Assembly: GCA_964493075.1 (NCBI GenBank)
Contig: CAZBNU010000005.1
Span: forward strand, 1,184 to 44,794
Source: an uncultured Nitrospirales bacterium
Lineage (GTDB): Bacteria; Hydrogenedentota; Hydrogenedentia; Hydrogenedentales; CAITNO01
Direction: 5' to 3'
DNA: 43,611 bases
The translations under genes and the position numbers were made by a program. A model generated the notes under the pieces. The model searched no databases. It was not told the DNA's origin and saw only the letters and a list, made by a program, of their open reading frames with translations. Position 1 is the first letter of the stretch; every line of letters begins with the position of its first letter. Shown here piece by piece: positions 7,400 to 16,534 of this stretch.

Positions 7400-10165
7400 A
7401 TGAGAACTCCCAACCCTGAGATACACCGACGGTTATCCTTGTATGTGGTTCCCGTACTTATCGGTCTCGGAGGCATTATTTTCGCTCAACAGCTGAACGA
7501 TCAGTTATGGCGTTCAGTGGCGTTAATTATCTCCATTGCGTTGCCTTTGTATGCTGCGGGAAATTTACTGGCCCGTTTTCGGACAAGTACCCTCGAACGC
7601 TTTGGTATGTTGTCTGGCGTGCTGATGCTGATACTGGGGGCGGCATTTAGTGTTTCCGGGATATCAGACAGTATTGGCATGGTGCAGTATCTTGACGAAA
7701 CCCTAAGCAATACCTTGCGCGTGGTGGGTATGTTGAGTTTGTTTATCGGATTGTTTGTGGTGTTGCTTAGTGTGGCGCGGACCGGGGAGGGCATAGACGA
7801 AATTACCGAGCGCTTCCGATTTCTTGCCGAGCATATTTCGGAGGGGTTCATCCTGTCAAGGCCGGACGGCGAAATACGCCTGGTGAACCAGAAGGCCCTT
7901 GACATGTTTGCCATGAAGCGCGAGGACGTGGTAGGACACGATGGTCGCGAGCTGGCCTCCACTCTGAATATCAACAGCATTGTCGAGCAGTTGGATAAGC
8001 GAGCCGAGGGGGTGGCATCGGAATATGAATTCGTGTACGAGGTGAACGGCGCTGAACGCATCTTTCTGATGAATGGCGCGCCTGTGTTCAATCAGCAGGG
8101 ACAGCACACATTAACCATGGCCACGTTGCGGGATATTACCGAGCATCGCCAGTTGACGCGGCGTGTGGAAGAGTACGCGCGCAATTTGCAGGATCAGGTG
8201 GAAAAGCAGACACGCAAGCTGCATCAGTCCGAAGAGCGTATGCGGCAGTTGCTTCTTTCGATGAACGAGGGCTTCCTGACGGTGGACCTAGACCATAAAA
8301 TTCGCTTTGCCAATGCCCAGGCACAAGCACTGCTGAGGGCAAAGGAAAGCGACCTCATTGGCAAAAGCATATTTGATTGTGTGGCAGGAGCGGATCGATA
8401 TCGCCTGTTGAACCTGTTTGCGAGGGCGGTGGAAGAACAGCCCGGCAAGGGATTGCGCCAGGAGATTGAATTGCTGAACAGTGAAGGCGTGGGGGAGCCT
8501 ACGGTGGTTGGTATCGCCTATCTGAACACTATGGAGTCCGAAGGCCGGGGGTATTCGCTGGTAATTACGCAGGTGGCTGAACTCAAGCGTATGCAGCAGC
8601 AATTGGTACTGCGCGCCCGCGACCTTGAACGGGCAAATGAGGAACTCCGTCAGCATGACCGTGCAAAGGACAGTTTTCTGTCTAATGTGAGTCATGAACT
8701 GCGCACCCCCCTCACCACCATTCAGGGGTACATTGAATTGTTTACGGAAAATACGCTGGGACAGATTACGGATGCACAGCGTAATGCCCTGCAAATCATG
8801 GAACGCAACGCCAACCATCTGCTTACCCATATCAATGAAATGATTGAGTTCAGCCGCATGCAGATACGGGGCATTCAGATTGTTAATAATCTGTATGATG
8901 CCTGTGCATTGGTGCGGGATGCCGCAGGCGCCATTCATCCATCCGCTCTGGACAAAAATATCGAGGTCGTGGTGGAGGCGCCCGGCGAAGCGTTGTATTG
9001 CTGGGGTGATCGGGAAAAACTGATCCAGACCTTCGGTATATTGTTGAACAATGCCGTGAAGTTTACAGAGAAAGGCGGCCGGATTACTGTGTGCGTTAGC
9101 TGTGAAAAACAGCACGATGTTGTATTTACAGTAAGCGATACCGGTATAGGCATTTCCCCTGAAAATCACGAGAAAATATTCACGCGCTTTTTTCAGGTGG
9201 ATAGTTCCAAATCCCGGCAGTATGAAGGGGCAGGCATCGGTCTCTCCATTGCCCGAAACATTGTGCTTGCGCATGGTGGTGAAATACACGTTAGTAGCGA
9301 GATTGGCCACGGCACCACCTTTTCAATATATCTTCCCGGTGCTGTATTTGACAACCATGTGGAAGTGGAAATTGCCGCCGAACTGGCGCCCTGCAACATG
9401 TTGGTGATCGCTGATACACAGGAAGCGCGGGAAGCGTTGTGTTCTTTTGCGCCTATGAACAGGGGCAACATATTGCTTGCGCCGAATGGGTATCAGGCGG
9501 TTCGACAACTAGGCGAGGAAAAGGTAGACCTGGTTATTATTAACGATGCGCCCGCTGATGTGGCGGGCCAGGCCACGCTGCGTGTTATCCGGAAACAGCC
9601 CGCCACCGCCGCCGCGCCGGTGATCATATTGACGAATGAGGGCGGCGATATTATTCATCAGGTTATAGATGATAGGGGCACCCTGCACTTTATTTTCAAA
9701 CCCTGCTCCGCCAAGCGCATCGTGAAAAAGATGCGTAAGGTAATATCTGGCGCTCCGGACTTGTTTGAAGAAAAAACACTGGAAGCCATGTATCAGCCGG
9801 CTCAGGACAGGCCCTTCGTGCTGGTGCTGGACAGTGACCCCGGTTTTCTCGAGTGGGTGGAAACAGCGTTGCGCCACGCCAACATAGAAAGCAAATGCAT
9901 CTCTTCGCCCGCACAGGGACTGGAAGTGGCAAGATCAGTCAAGCCTGATCTTATCGTTATCGATGCAGACACGCCGCCCACACTCGGAAATACCGCGATT
10001 GAACTGTTTCGCAACGATGAAACCACAAGCGGTATTCCCATTTATGCCATGACTGGCGTGAGCGTCACTGAATCCACGGAAATTAACACCCGCGACATTG
10101 CAGGGGTTTTACGCAAACCTTTTCCCATTACGGAGATCACAGGCATATTGAAGGGAAATTTGTAA
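7400..10165 (+). CDS. hybrid sensor histidine kinase (membrane domain, two PAS-like regions, HisKA, HATPase_c, two receiver-like domains)
   Basis: ORF track gives 7385..10165 (GTG); the in-frame ATG at 7400 follows GGGGTGG. There are several N-terminal hydrophobic helices. H-box SHELRTPLTTIQGY, N-box LLNNAVKFT, G-boxes DTGIGIS and GAGIGLSIA. Two C-terminal REC-like segments (DLVIINDAP / IILTNEG / FIFKPCS and LVLDSDPG / DLIVIDADTP / YAMTGV / LRKPFP). Confidence 0.85.
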   Translation: MRTPNPEIHRRLSLYVVPVLIGLGGIIFAQQLNDQLWRSVALIISIALPLYAAGNLLARFRTSTLERFGMLSGVLMLILGAAFSVSGISDSIGMVQYLDETLSNTLRVVGMLSLFIGLFVVLLSVARTGEGIDEITERFRFLAEHISEGFILSRPDGEIRLVNQKALDMFAMKREDVVGHDGRELASTLNINSIVEQLDKRAEGVASEYEFVYEVNGAERIFLMNGAPVFNQQGQHTLTMATLRDITEHRQLTRRVEEYARNLQDQVEKQTRKLHQSEERMRQLLLSMNEGFLTVDLDHKIRFANAQAQALLRAKESDLIGKSIFDCVAGADRYRLLNLFARAVEEQPGKGLRQEIELLNSEGVGEPTVVGIAYLNTMESEGRGYSLVITQVAELKRMQQQLVLRARDLERANEELRQHDRAKDSFLSNVSHELRTPLTTIQGYIELFTENTLGQITDAQRNALQIMERNANHLLTHINEMIEFSRMQIRGIQIVNNLYDACALVRDAAGAIHPSALDKNIEVVVEAPGEALYCWGDREKLIQTFGILLNNAVKFTEKGGRITVCVSCEKQHDVVFTVSDTGIGISPENHEKIFTRFFQVDSSKSRQYEGAGIGLSIARNIVLAHGGEIHVSSEIGHGTTFSIYLPGAVFDNHVEVEIAAELAPCNMLVIADTQEAREALCSFAPMNRGNILLAPNGYQAVRQLGEEKVDLVIINDAPADVAGQATLRVIRKQPATAAAPVIILTNEGGDIIHQVIDDRGTLHFIFKPCSAKRIVKKMRKVISGAPDLFEEKTLEAMYQPAQDRPFVLVLDSDPGFLEWVETALRHANIESKCISSPAQGLEVARSVKPDLIVIDADTPPTLGNTAIELFRNDETTSGIPIYAMTGVSVTESTEINTRDIAGVLRKPFPITEITGILKGNL

Positions 10166-10428
10166 TGCCGCACTTTGGAATTGGCCACGTCGCTATATGT
10201 TCATCATCGCCGAAAAAAATCACTTTGTTGAATCAAACGCGGATGCGTTAGCCTACTCAGCAAGTGTTATGTAGTTTGGATTTAAGTCTGGATTTGGACT
10301 GGTTGCACATATCCAAATCGTGGAAACTTGTTATGGCCAGTATATGTTGTACTGCGTTGTACTCAATCAGGGCTTATTTTTCGGTGGTTGCTGTAAAAGA
10401 TATAGTATAACCCCATGAAAGGCGAAAA

Positions 10429-10920
10429 GTGTTTAGTAACACGCATGAACATTATATGCGGCGTGCCATGCAGGCTGCCGGGGAAGCGTTGAATTGCCGG
10501 GAGGTGCCTGTGGGATGCGTTGTGGTACATGAGGGGCACATTATTGGGCGCGGCTATAACCAGCGAGAAATGCTTCAGGATCCTTCTGCACATGCGGAGA
10601 TGATAGCTATAACTGCTGCGGCGTCTTATCTTGGCAGTTGGCGGCTTGAAAACACGCAGTTATATGTGACGCTGGAGCCGTGTCCCATGTGTACTGGCGC
10701 AATTATCCTGGCGCGAATCGAAGCGGTGTATTTTGGCGCCTACGATCCCAAGGCGGGGTGTTGCGGCACGCTGATGAATTTGCTGGAAGATACGCGTTTC
10801 AATCATCAACCGAAAGTGCAGGGTGGAATTCTGGCTGACGAATGCGGCGCTATGTTGACGGATTTTTTTCGTAGTATCCGGAAACCGACCGGTCGATTGG
10901 GGGAAGGCGAAATAACGTGA
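10429..10920 (+). CDS. tadA: tRNA adenosine(34) deaminase
   Basis: Cytidine/deoxycytidylate deaminase zinc motifs HAEMIAI and PCPMCTGA in a ~160-aa protein with the usual N-terminal ...YMRRAMQAA helix. Start is GTG at 10429 (alternative ATG at 10456). Confidence 0.85.
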   Translation: MFSNTHEHYMRRAMQAAGEALNCREVPVGCVVVHEGHIIGRGYNQREMLQDPSAHAEMIAITAAASYLGSWRLENTQLYVTLEPCPMCTGAIILARIEAVYFGAYDPKAGCCGTLMNLLEDTRFNHQPKVQGGILADECGAMLTDFFRSIRKPTGRLGEGEIT

Positions 10921-10926
10921 CCGCCT

Positions 10927-11418
10927 TCAGCTCATATCTTTCATTTTGTTGACAAGACGCGCTTCCACAGCGGGGGTTACATAGTGGCTGACGCTTCCAC
11001 CAAAGCGCACAATTTCTTTTACCTGCCTCGAACTCAGGAACAGATAGGGTTCACTCGGCATCAGACAGACTGTGTCCACATGGGGATTCAGTTTCTGATT
11101 GTTTATGGCCATGGACAGTTCAAACTCGAAGTCCGAGATTGCACGTAGCCCCCGTATGAGCGCTATGGCGCCCGACTGTCGTGCATAGTCCACCGTGAGG
11201 CCGTTAAACGCTTCAACAACTACCTGGGGTAGACTGACAGTCATTTCTACAAGCATTTCCATACGCTCTTCGACGGTGAACATGCCGATTTTCTGGTCAT
11301 TGCATGCCACCGCTACAATGACCTTGTCAAAAATTTTGGTTGCTCGTGCAATGAGATCAAAATGTCCCAGAGTGGGGGGGTCGAAACTGCCTGCATATAA
11401 GGCAATACGATCAGTCAT
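10927..11418 (-). CDS. coaD: phosphopantetheine adenylyltransferase
   Basis: 163-aa ORF with the nucleotidyltransferase motif YAGSFDPPTLGHFDLI and typical CoaD length. Its ATG (11418..11416) overlaps the larC stop by 8 nt. Confidence 0.9.
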   Translation of the reverse strand: MTDRIALYAGSFDPPTLGHFDLIARATKIFDKVIVAVACNDQKIGMFTVEERMEMLVEMTVSLPQVVVEAFNGLTVDYARQSGAIALIRGLRAISDFEFELSMAINNQKLNPHVDTVCLMPSEPYLFLSSRQVKEIVRFGGSVSHYVTPAVEARLVNKMKDMS

Positions 11419-12601
11419 TTACAAATGCTCCTTCCTGTGCTGCTGCCAAGGCAGCCTCATACACCTTGCGTGTTGGCACGCCATTATTCTCCGCTATTTC
11501 ATGGCACGAATCAAACTCAGGGGCGACGCAATGTACCTTGTTTCCCATCAGGCCCACTTTGACTTGGATTGTTCCCCAAGTGGTGCGTACTTTTCGCAAC
11601 TCACGATTCAATACATAGCGCTCTTCTTCACGCATGCGCACGCCGAGGGTTCCGCTCTGTGCAAAAATAGCATCAAGTACATCTGCCCTGTACTCTTTCC
11701 TACAAAGCACGGTGAGGCACTGGGCTGCACGTCCTTTCTTGGCCATTACAGGGGTAATAAAAGCGTCGCGGGCGCCCGCCTCCATTGTTTTGGGAATCAA
11801 AAGCGCGGTCAATTCCGGGTTCATATCGTCAATTACGGTTTCAAGAATGCAGACCGATTCAAACGCCGGAGTATCAGCAATGGACTCCCCAAGAAATACG
11901 CGCAGCACATTGGCGCGATCCGGCAAATCGCGCGTCCCCGCGCCATACCCTGTTCCGGTCGTTTTCATAAGCGGCATGCCGCCAAAACCCTCAGCCCATG
12001 CTTTTGCCAGGGCCACGCCAGTGGGTGTCGCCATTTCTGCGTCAATGTCCCCTGATTTCCAGGGGATGTCGCACAACAGTAACGCGGTGGCGGGGGCGGG
12101 AACCGGCATGATGCCGTGGTCGCATTTTACGGTGCCGCTGCCTGTTATCAGGGGTGAGCAAAACACCCGTTCTATTCCGAGGTCGTGCAGGGCCAGATTC
12201 GCGGCTACAATATCAACAATCGAATCCGCTGCACCCACTTCGTGGAAATGGACTTTTTCAATGGCAATGCCGTGTACCTGAGCTTCAGCGTTCCCCAGCA
12301 GTTCAAAGGTTAGAATTGCTTTCTTTTTGACCTGTTCGGGCAGGGCAGCCGACTCGATGATCTTTACAATGTCGGGAAAATGGCGGTGCGGCTGGTGAAC
12401 ATTCGGGTCCAACAACACCTCGAACCGTGTCGCCTGTATTCCGTGCTTGGAAAGGCGTTCGGCTTTTACGGAAACGCCTTCAAGGGACATGCTCTGTAAG
12501 GCTTCTACGATATTTCCAATAGGTGCGCCAGCATCAATCAGTGCTGCCACGGTCATGTCGCCGCTTATTCCACAAAAACAATCCAGGTAAAGCGTTTTCA
12601 T
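11411..12601 (-). CDS. larC: nickel-pincer cofactor biosynthesis protein LarC (nickel insertion, DUF111 family)
   Basis: 396-aa ORF beginning MKTLYLDCFCGISGDM, the hallmark N-terminus of LarC/DUF111. It starts 1 nt after the larB stop. Confidence 0.85.
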   Translation of the reverse strand: MKTLYLDCFCGISGDMTVAALIDAGAPIGNIVEALQSMSLEGVSVKAERLSKHGIQATRFEVLLDPNVHQPHRHFPDIVKIIESAALPEQVKKKAILTFELLGNAEAQVHGIAIEKVHFHEVGAADSIVDIVAANLALHDLGIERVFCSPLITGSGTVKCDHGIMPVPAPATALLLCDIPWKSGDIDAEMATPTGVALAKAWAEGFGGMPLMKTTGTGYGAGTRDLPDRANVLRVFLGESIADTPAFESVCILETVIDDMNPELTALLIPKTMEAGARDAFITPVMAKKGRAAQCLTVLCRKEYRADVLDAIFAQSGTLGVRMREEERYVLNRELRKVRTTWGTIQVKVGLMGNKVHCVAPEFDSCHEIAENNGVPTRKVYEAALAAAQEGAFVND

Positions 12602-12602
12602 A

Positions 12603-13364
12603 TCAAGGTTTTCCGTCTACCATACGGTTTATGGTACATGCTGCCACAGCAGCGCCAAAGCCGTTGTCAATATTGACTACGGTTAAGCCTGTGGCGCAGG
12701 AATTAAGCATGCCCAGCAACGCCGCCAGCCCGTTGAAACTACTGCCGTATCCGATGCTGGTTGGCACTGCAATAACGAAAGTGGATACCAGTCCTGCCAC
12801 TACGCTGGGGAGCGCGCCTTCCATACCAGCGCAGACGATAATGACGGTTGCCGCCGCAAGACGTTCACGCTGGTCAAGCAGGCGATGTAGTCCGGCTACG
12901 CCGACATCGTAAATACGGTCAACGGGAGAACCCAGTGCTGTGCAGGTAACGGCCGCTTCCTCGGCTACGGGTATGTCGCTCGTGCCAGCACAGACGATTG
13001 CAATGGTGCCGCTGGATTGTGGCGGGGCCTCTTTTGTGATGGTAAAAGCGCGTGCTGCTTCGTGATAGACTGCATCGGGAAGCAGCGCATGCACGGTATG
13101 ATACGATTCCAGTGTGCAACGGGTTCCCAGCACGTTTTGTCCCCGCCCGTACATGCGTGCGGCGATTGCCGCTATCTGTTCAGGTGTTTTCCCCTGGCAG
13201 AAGATGGTTTCGGGATATCCCTTTCGTAACAGTCGGTGGGTGTCCACTTTCGCAAATTCCATATCTTCGAAGGGGAGGGAACGCAGTTTTTCAAGTGCGT
13301 CGGCAGACGACAGGGTTCCCGAAGAAACGTGGTTAAGTAATTCCAATAAGTGTTTTTCGTTCAT
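12603..13364 (-). CDS. larB: nickel-pincer cofactor biosynthesis protein LarB (PurE-like carboxylase/hydrolase)
   Basis: 253-aa ORF with a PurE/AIR-carboxylase-like C-terminal domain (IAIVCAGTSDIPVAEEA, VIIVCAGMEGALPSVVAGL) and the LarB-type N-terminal extension. Confidence 0.85.
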   Translation of the reverse strand: MNEKHLLELLNHVSSGTLSSADALEKLRSLPFEDMEFAKVDTHRLLRKGYPETIFCQGKTPEQIAAIAARMYGRGQNVLGTRCTLESYHTVHALLPDAVYHEAARAFTITKEAPPQSSGTIAIVCAGTSDIPVAEEAAVTCTALGSPVDRIYDVGVAGLHRLLDQRERLAAATVIIVCAGMEGALPSVVAGLVSTFVIAVPTSIGYGSSFNGLAALLGMLNSCATGLTVVNIDNGFGAAVAACTINRMVDGKP

Positions 13365-13487
13365 ATAACTATTAACTCGCCTGAAAATAAAAAACGGTGA
13401 TGTGGACTGTTTTTACGGGTATAACGACAGGTTATGTAAGACTTTTTACGGGGACAAGTGTATCACATTTATGTCTCAAAGCGCATG

Positions 13488-15809
13488 CTACTGCGCAGTT
13501 TCCAGTTGGCTTTGTGCTTCCTTCAGCAGTAGCAATGCCGCTTCGTAATCCGGTTCAACGGTCAATGCTTTCGTCAAAGATAAAATTGCCTCATCCCAGT
13601 TCTCTCTCGCCATAGCGGTTCGTGCCAAGTTATACAGCGAGTAGACGTCATCCGCCTTCTGCTGGAGCGCCTGCTCGTAAATTGCTGTAGCAGCATCTAT
13701 ATCACCCTGTTTAAACAGCGCGTTTCCGAGATTGTTGTAGGCGAGGAGGAACCCGGGATTACTTGCAATGGCCTTTTCGTAATAGGGGATTGCGGTTTCA
13801 TAATTGCCCTGGTTGGCGTAAAGATAGCCGAGGTTGTTGAGTGCTTCAGTGAACTGTGGTTTTAGTACAAGTGCTTTTTCGTAGTGGGCAATGGCGTCGT
13901 CGTAATTTTCCTGCGCAAAATAGACGCGCGCCATGTTGTAAAAAAGGGTGGCATCCCCCGGCGTGATGGTAGCGGCCTGTTGAAAATGATGGAGTGCTTC
14001 GTCTAAATGGCCAAGATCAAACAGTACATTGCCAAGGTTCACGTGTGCCAGCGCAAAACGAGGGTTCGATTTCGTTGCCTGTTTGAAATGAAGAACGGCC
14101 TTCTCAAGATTGCCCAAATGATACAACTCATATCCCAAATTGTTATGAATCGTCGCGTTATGCGGGTTTTGATCAAGCCCCTTTCTGTAGAGAGCAATGC
14201 CTTCTTCCTTTTCCCCCCGTGTGATGTAAAGGCGACCGAGGTTTGCATAGGCAACGGAAGCATTTGCGCCGAGTTTTAGCGCTTTCCAGTATTCGGCCTC
14301 TGCTTTATCATCTTCACCTGAAGCGGTGTATGCCATTGCTGTGCGTAAATGCCAGGTACTCTGGTCAGGAACGTATCCCGTGGGATTAAGGCGAAAGAGC
14401 AGGAGTAATATCACGAGCATGCTGAAACCAAACGCTGTTCTTCCCACGCTTTTAGCACGGAGGGCTTCGAACAACCAGACAACGCCCACGGCGCTGAAAA
14501 GAAGCATGACGGGAATGATGGGCACGCGGTAGCGTCCTGCAACGAAGTAGATAATGACGGACAGGAAATAGGTTCCTACATATAGCCACAATAGTATAGT
14601 AAGGGCAGATGTATGCCTTGCTGCGTTTTCCTTATGCTCTCGGATGCGGGATATCGTTACTGCGGATCCAAAAACAAACAGGGCGGCGAACCACGAGAAA
14701 CCCGGGAGAAGACGGAGGACACCTGAAAAGCGCTTGTCATATTCCATTACCGTATCGTTGGTGATTTCGTGGGGGCCCCAGAAAAGCAGTGCTTTGGTAA
14801 GCATATTTTTCAAAAACATCCCCGGTTTTTCTTTGATGAATTGAAATGCCTTTTGATAAAAATAGTGGTTTGCCTCAGAGAAGGTAATTTCTGATTTCCC
14901 TTCTTTTGCTGCAATGCCACGCACAATTGCCGGATAATCAAAGCATGTCCAGTTTTCTATTCCTGCCAGTTCCATGAGTTCGGGGATTTGCGGTTCCACC
15001 AGCGACGCTTCAGGATGATTGCCGACGTACAGATTGATGCCGCCGTAAGAGGAAATGAAAACGACATCTTTTGCTACCACATAGTTTCTGATGAAAGCAG
15101 GGGAAAGCACGGTCACACAGGCGAGGGTAAGTGCTGTCAGGGAAAGAGCGGTCTTGCGGTAACCGCTATGTTTTTTCAAAGATACGGACAACATCCAGCA
15201 CGCGAGGACAGGCGCAAAAAGCAGGACATTCGGGCGGAGTAGGGCGAAACAGCCCAGTAGCGCTCCTGCCAGCGCCGCACGAAGAAGCCGTGGGGATGCC
15301 AGCCAACGTTCCAGTGTCAGTAGAAGGCATAACAGCAAAAACACCACAAGCACCGGATAGGTCAGTAATCCTTCAAAATAAGGGAAGGCCCAGTAAGTTG
15401 CCATGAGCAGACCTGCGGTGAAGCCGACCGCATTGCCGAAGAGGCGCTTGCCGAGGAGATACAACAGTAGGGCATTGACAATTCCAAGCGCCATTTGTAC
15501 CACACGGGGTGCATAATCGTTCACCCCGAAGAGAATGTAAATTGCCGACAAGAACCAGGGATAGCCAGGTGGGCGTCCGTGGGGGGTTGACGTGATTTCG
15601 GGGTCGTTTACTCCCGGCGGCGGTGTCCAGTCGCCTGTGGCAATGCCCCGCGCCCAGTGGGCGTTATATTCCGGATCATATATAGGATGGCTGAAAGAGG
15701 GGTCGTGAACAATTTCTGTGAAGTAAGCGACTCGTAACCCGACGGCTACGAATGCAATAATAGCCGGAAGAATGTAGTATAGGTATCGCTTGTGAAGTTC
15801 AGATTCCAT
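13488..15809 (-). CDS. polytopic membrane glycosyltransferase-like protein (GT-C, ArnT/PMT-like) fused to C-terminal TPR repeats
   Basis: 773-aa ORF. The first ~480 aa contain many hydrophobic helices in an ArnT/PMT-like arrangement (family assignment tentative). The last ~290 aa are tandem 34-aa TPR units (e.g. AYANLGRLYITRGEKEEGIALYRKGLDQNP, ALNNLGYLYANQGNYETAIPYYEKAIASNP). Confidence 0.7.
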   Translation of the reverse strand: MESELHKRYLYYILPAIIAFVAVGLRVAYFTEIVHDPSFSHPIYDPEYNAHWARGIATGDWTPPPGVNDPEITSTPHGRPPGYPWFLSAIYILFGVNDYAPRVVQMALGIVNALLLYLLGKRLFGNAVGFTAGLLMATYWAFPYFEGLLTYPVLVVFLLLCLLLTLERWLASPRLLRAALAGALLGCFALLRPNVLLFAPVLACWMLSVSLKKHSGYRKTALSLTALTLACVTVLSPAFIRNYVVAKDVVFISSYGGINLYVGNHPEASLVEPQIPELMELAGIENWTCFDYPAIVRGIAAKEGKSEITFSEANHYFYQKAFQFIKEKPGMFLKNMLTKALLFWGPHEITNDTVMEYDKRFSGVLRLLPGFSWFAALFVFGSAVTISRIREHKENAARHTSALTILLWLYVGTYFLSVIIYFVAGRYRVPIIPVMLLFSAVGVVWLFEALRAKSVGRTAFGFSMLVILLLLFRLNPTGYVPDQSTWHLRTAMAYTASGEDDKAEAEYWKALKLGANASVAYANLGRLYITRGEKEEGIALYRKGLDQNPHNATIHNNLGYELYHLGNLEKAVLHFKQATKSNPRFALAHVNLGNVLFDLGHLDEALHHFQQAATITPGDATLFYNMARVYFAQENYDDAIAHYEKALVLKPQFTEALNNLGYLYANQGNYETAIPYYEKAIASNPGFLLAYNNLGNALFKQGDIDAATAIYEQALQQKADDVYSLYNLARTAMARENWDEAILSLTKALTVEPDYEAALLLLKEAQSQLETAQ

Positions 15810-15850
15810 TCTTTCCTTCGTTTTATGAATCCGTAGGAAACCAGATAAAG

Positions 15851-16306
15851 TTATGCGTTACCGGTGTCGGTCATTGTAGCATCGAAACGGGCGGTTACGG
15901 TGCTCGCAAGTCCGCCGCGAGGCTTGCAGATTATTTCAACCTTCATGCGTCTGGGACGGCATGCGGCAACTAAATCCTCAAGCATGCGGTTTACAAGATG
16001 TTCATACCAGATGCCCACATTGCGGTAGGATAACAGATAGTATTTTAGAGAGCGCAATTCCAGGCATTGCTGGTCAGGTACATAAGATATGATTACCGTT
16101 GCAAAATCAGGAAGACCGGAAAAGGGGCAGACCGAAGTGAATTCATCGGTTTCCGTAACAATTTCCATTTCCCTGCCTGACGGCGTGTTGGCGTATTCAT
16201 AAGGGAAGCACTCGAGACATGCCACATCTATACCTTCCACGCCAACGAAAGGAAGAGTCTTGTCCTGTGCGGCAAATTGTCTGGGGGCGGGTGGGTTTGT
16301 GTCCAT
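15851..16306 (-). CDS. queF: NADPH-dependent 7-cyano-7-deazaguanine (preQ0) reductase
   Basis: Catalytic-Cys segment EFTSVCPFSGLPDFATVIISYVP and QueF motif ELRSLKYYLLSYRN. ORF track starts at a TTG at 16387. I prefer the ATG at 16306 (MDTNPP...), which has GGAG 10 nt upstream and lies downstream of the promoter at 16344..16371. Confidence 0.85.
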   Translation of the reverse strand: MDTNPPAPRQFAAQDKTLPFVGVEGIDVACLECFPYEYANTPSGREMEIVTETDEFTSVCPFSGLPDFATVIISYVPDQQCLELRSLKYYLLSYRNVGIWYEHLVNRMLEDLVAACRPRRMKVEIICKPRGGLASTVTARFDATMTDTGNA

Positions 16307-16343
16307 AAGTATTTGACTCCGTGAATTGATTGATATTTGGCGC

Positions 16344-16371
16344 ATTATAGTAACGCTTTGAGAGGTGTAAA
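16344..16371 (-). promoter_or_regulatory. sigma70-like promoter for queF
   Basis: Minus strand reads TTTACA (16371..16366) - 16 nt - TATAAT (16349..16344), about 38 nt upstream of the queF ATG. Confidence 0.55.
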
Positions 16372-16374
16372 CCC

Positions 16375-16419
16375 AAAAAAGAAACAAGCCACTACACCTG
16401 ATTCGGTATTGCGGCTTGT
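16375..16419 (-). terminator. intrinsic terminator downstream of tRNA-Leu
   Basis: Minus strand: ACAAGCC (16419..16413) pairs with GGCTTGT (16390..16384). The stem extends through GCAATACC/GGTGTAGT (one mismatch, wobble pairs) around a 6-nt loop and is followed by TTCTTTTTT (16383..16375). Confidence 0.6.
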
Positions 16420-16433
16420 GTGTTGGTAGAATA

Positions 16434-16520
16434 TGGTGCCGGAGAAAGGACTTGAACCTTCACGCCCTTGCGAGCACATGGACCTGAACCATGCGTGTCT
16501 GCCAATTCCACCACTCCGGC
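16434..16520 (-). tRNA. tRNA-Leu (anticodon CAG), CCA encoded
   Basis: Reverse complement reads GCCGGAGTGGTGGAATTGGCAGACACGCATGGTTCAGGTCCATGTGCTCGCAAGGGCGTGAAGGTTCAAGTCCTTTCTCCGGCACCA (87 nt). The 7-bp acceptor stem is GCCGGAG/CTCCGGC. The anticodon stem CATGG/CCATG carries the loop TTCAGGT. It also has a long variable arm and the T-loop GGTTCAAGTCC. Confidence 0.95.
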
Positions 16521-16534
16521 ACTTGACGACGCAT

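Noticed and set aside
8288-9310. 340-aa ORF antisense to the histidine kinase
   Set aside because: It lies entirely inside a gene with clear H/N/G-box motifs on the plus strand. Its product is low-complexity, with no recognisable motif or RBS. This is a typical shadow ORF.
11195-12055. 286-aa plus-strand ORF (and 11634..12281) overlapping coaD/larC
   Set aside because: It is antisense to two well-supported, translationally coupled minus-strand genes. Its composition looks like out-of-frame translation.
16360-16390. preQ1-riboswitch-like A-rich tail (GAGAGGTGTAAACCCAAAAAAGAAACAAGCC) next to queF
   Set aside because: It lies on the plus strand, opposite to queF. It lacks a closed P1 stem. It is explained by the queF -35 box plus the A-run complementary to the tRNA terminator's T-tract.
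16434-16520. tRNA-Leu as an integration hotspot or genomic-island boundary
   Set aside because: There is no integrase, no duplicated tRNA 3' end, and no compositional break on either side. The flanking genes (queF and the exosortase-like pair) look native.
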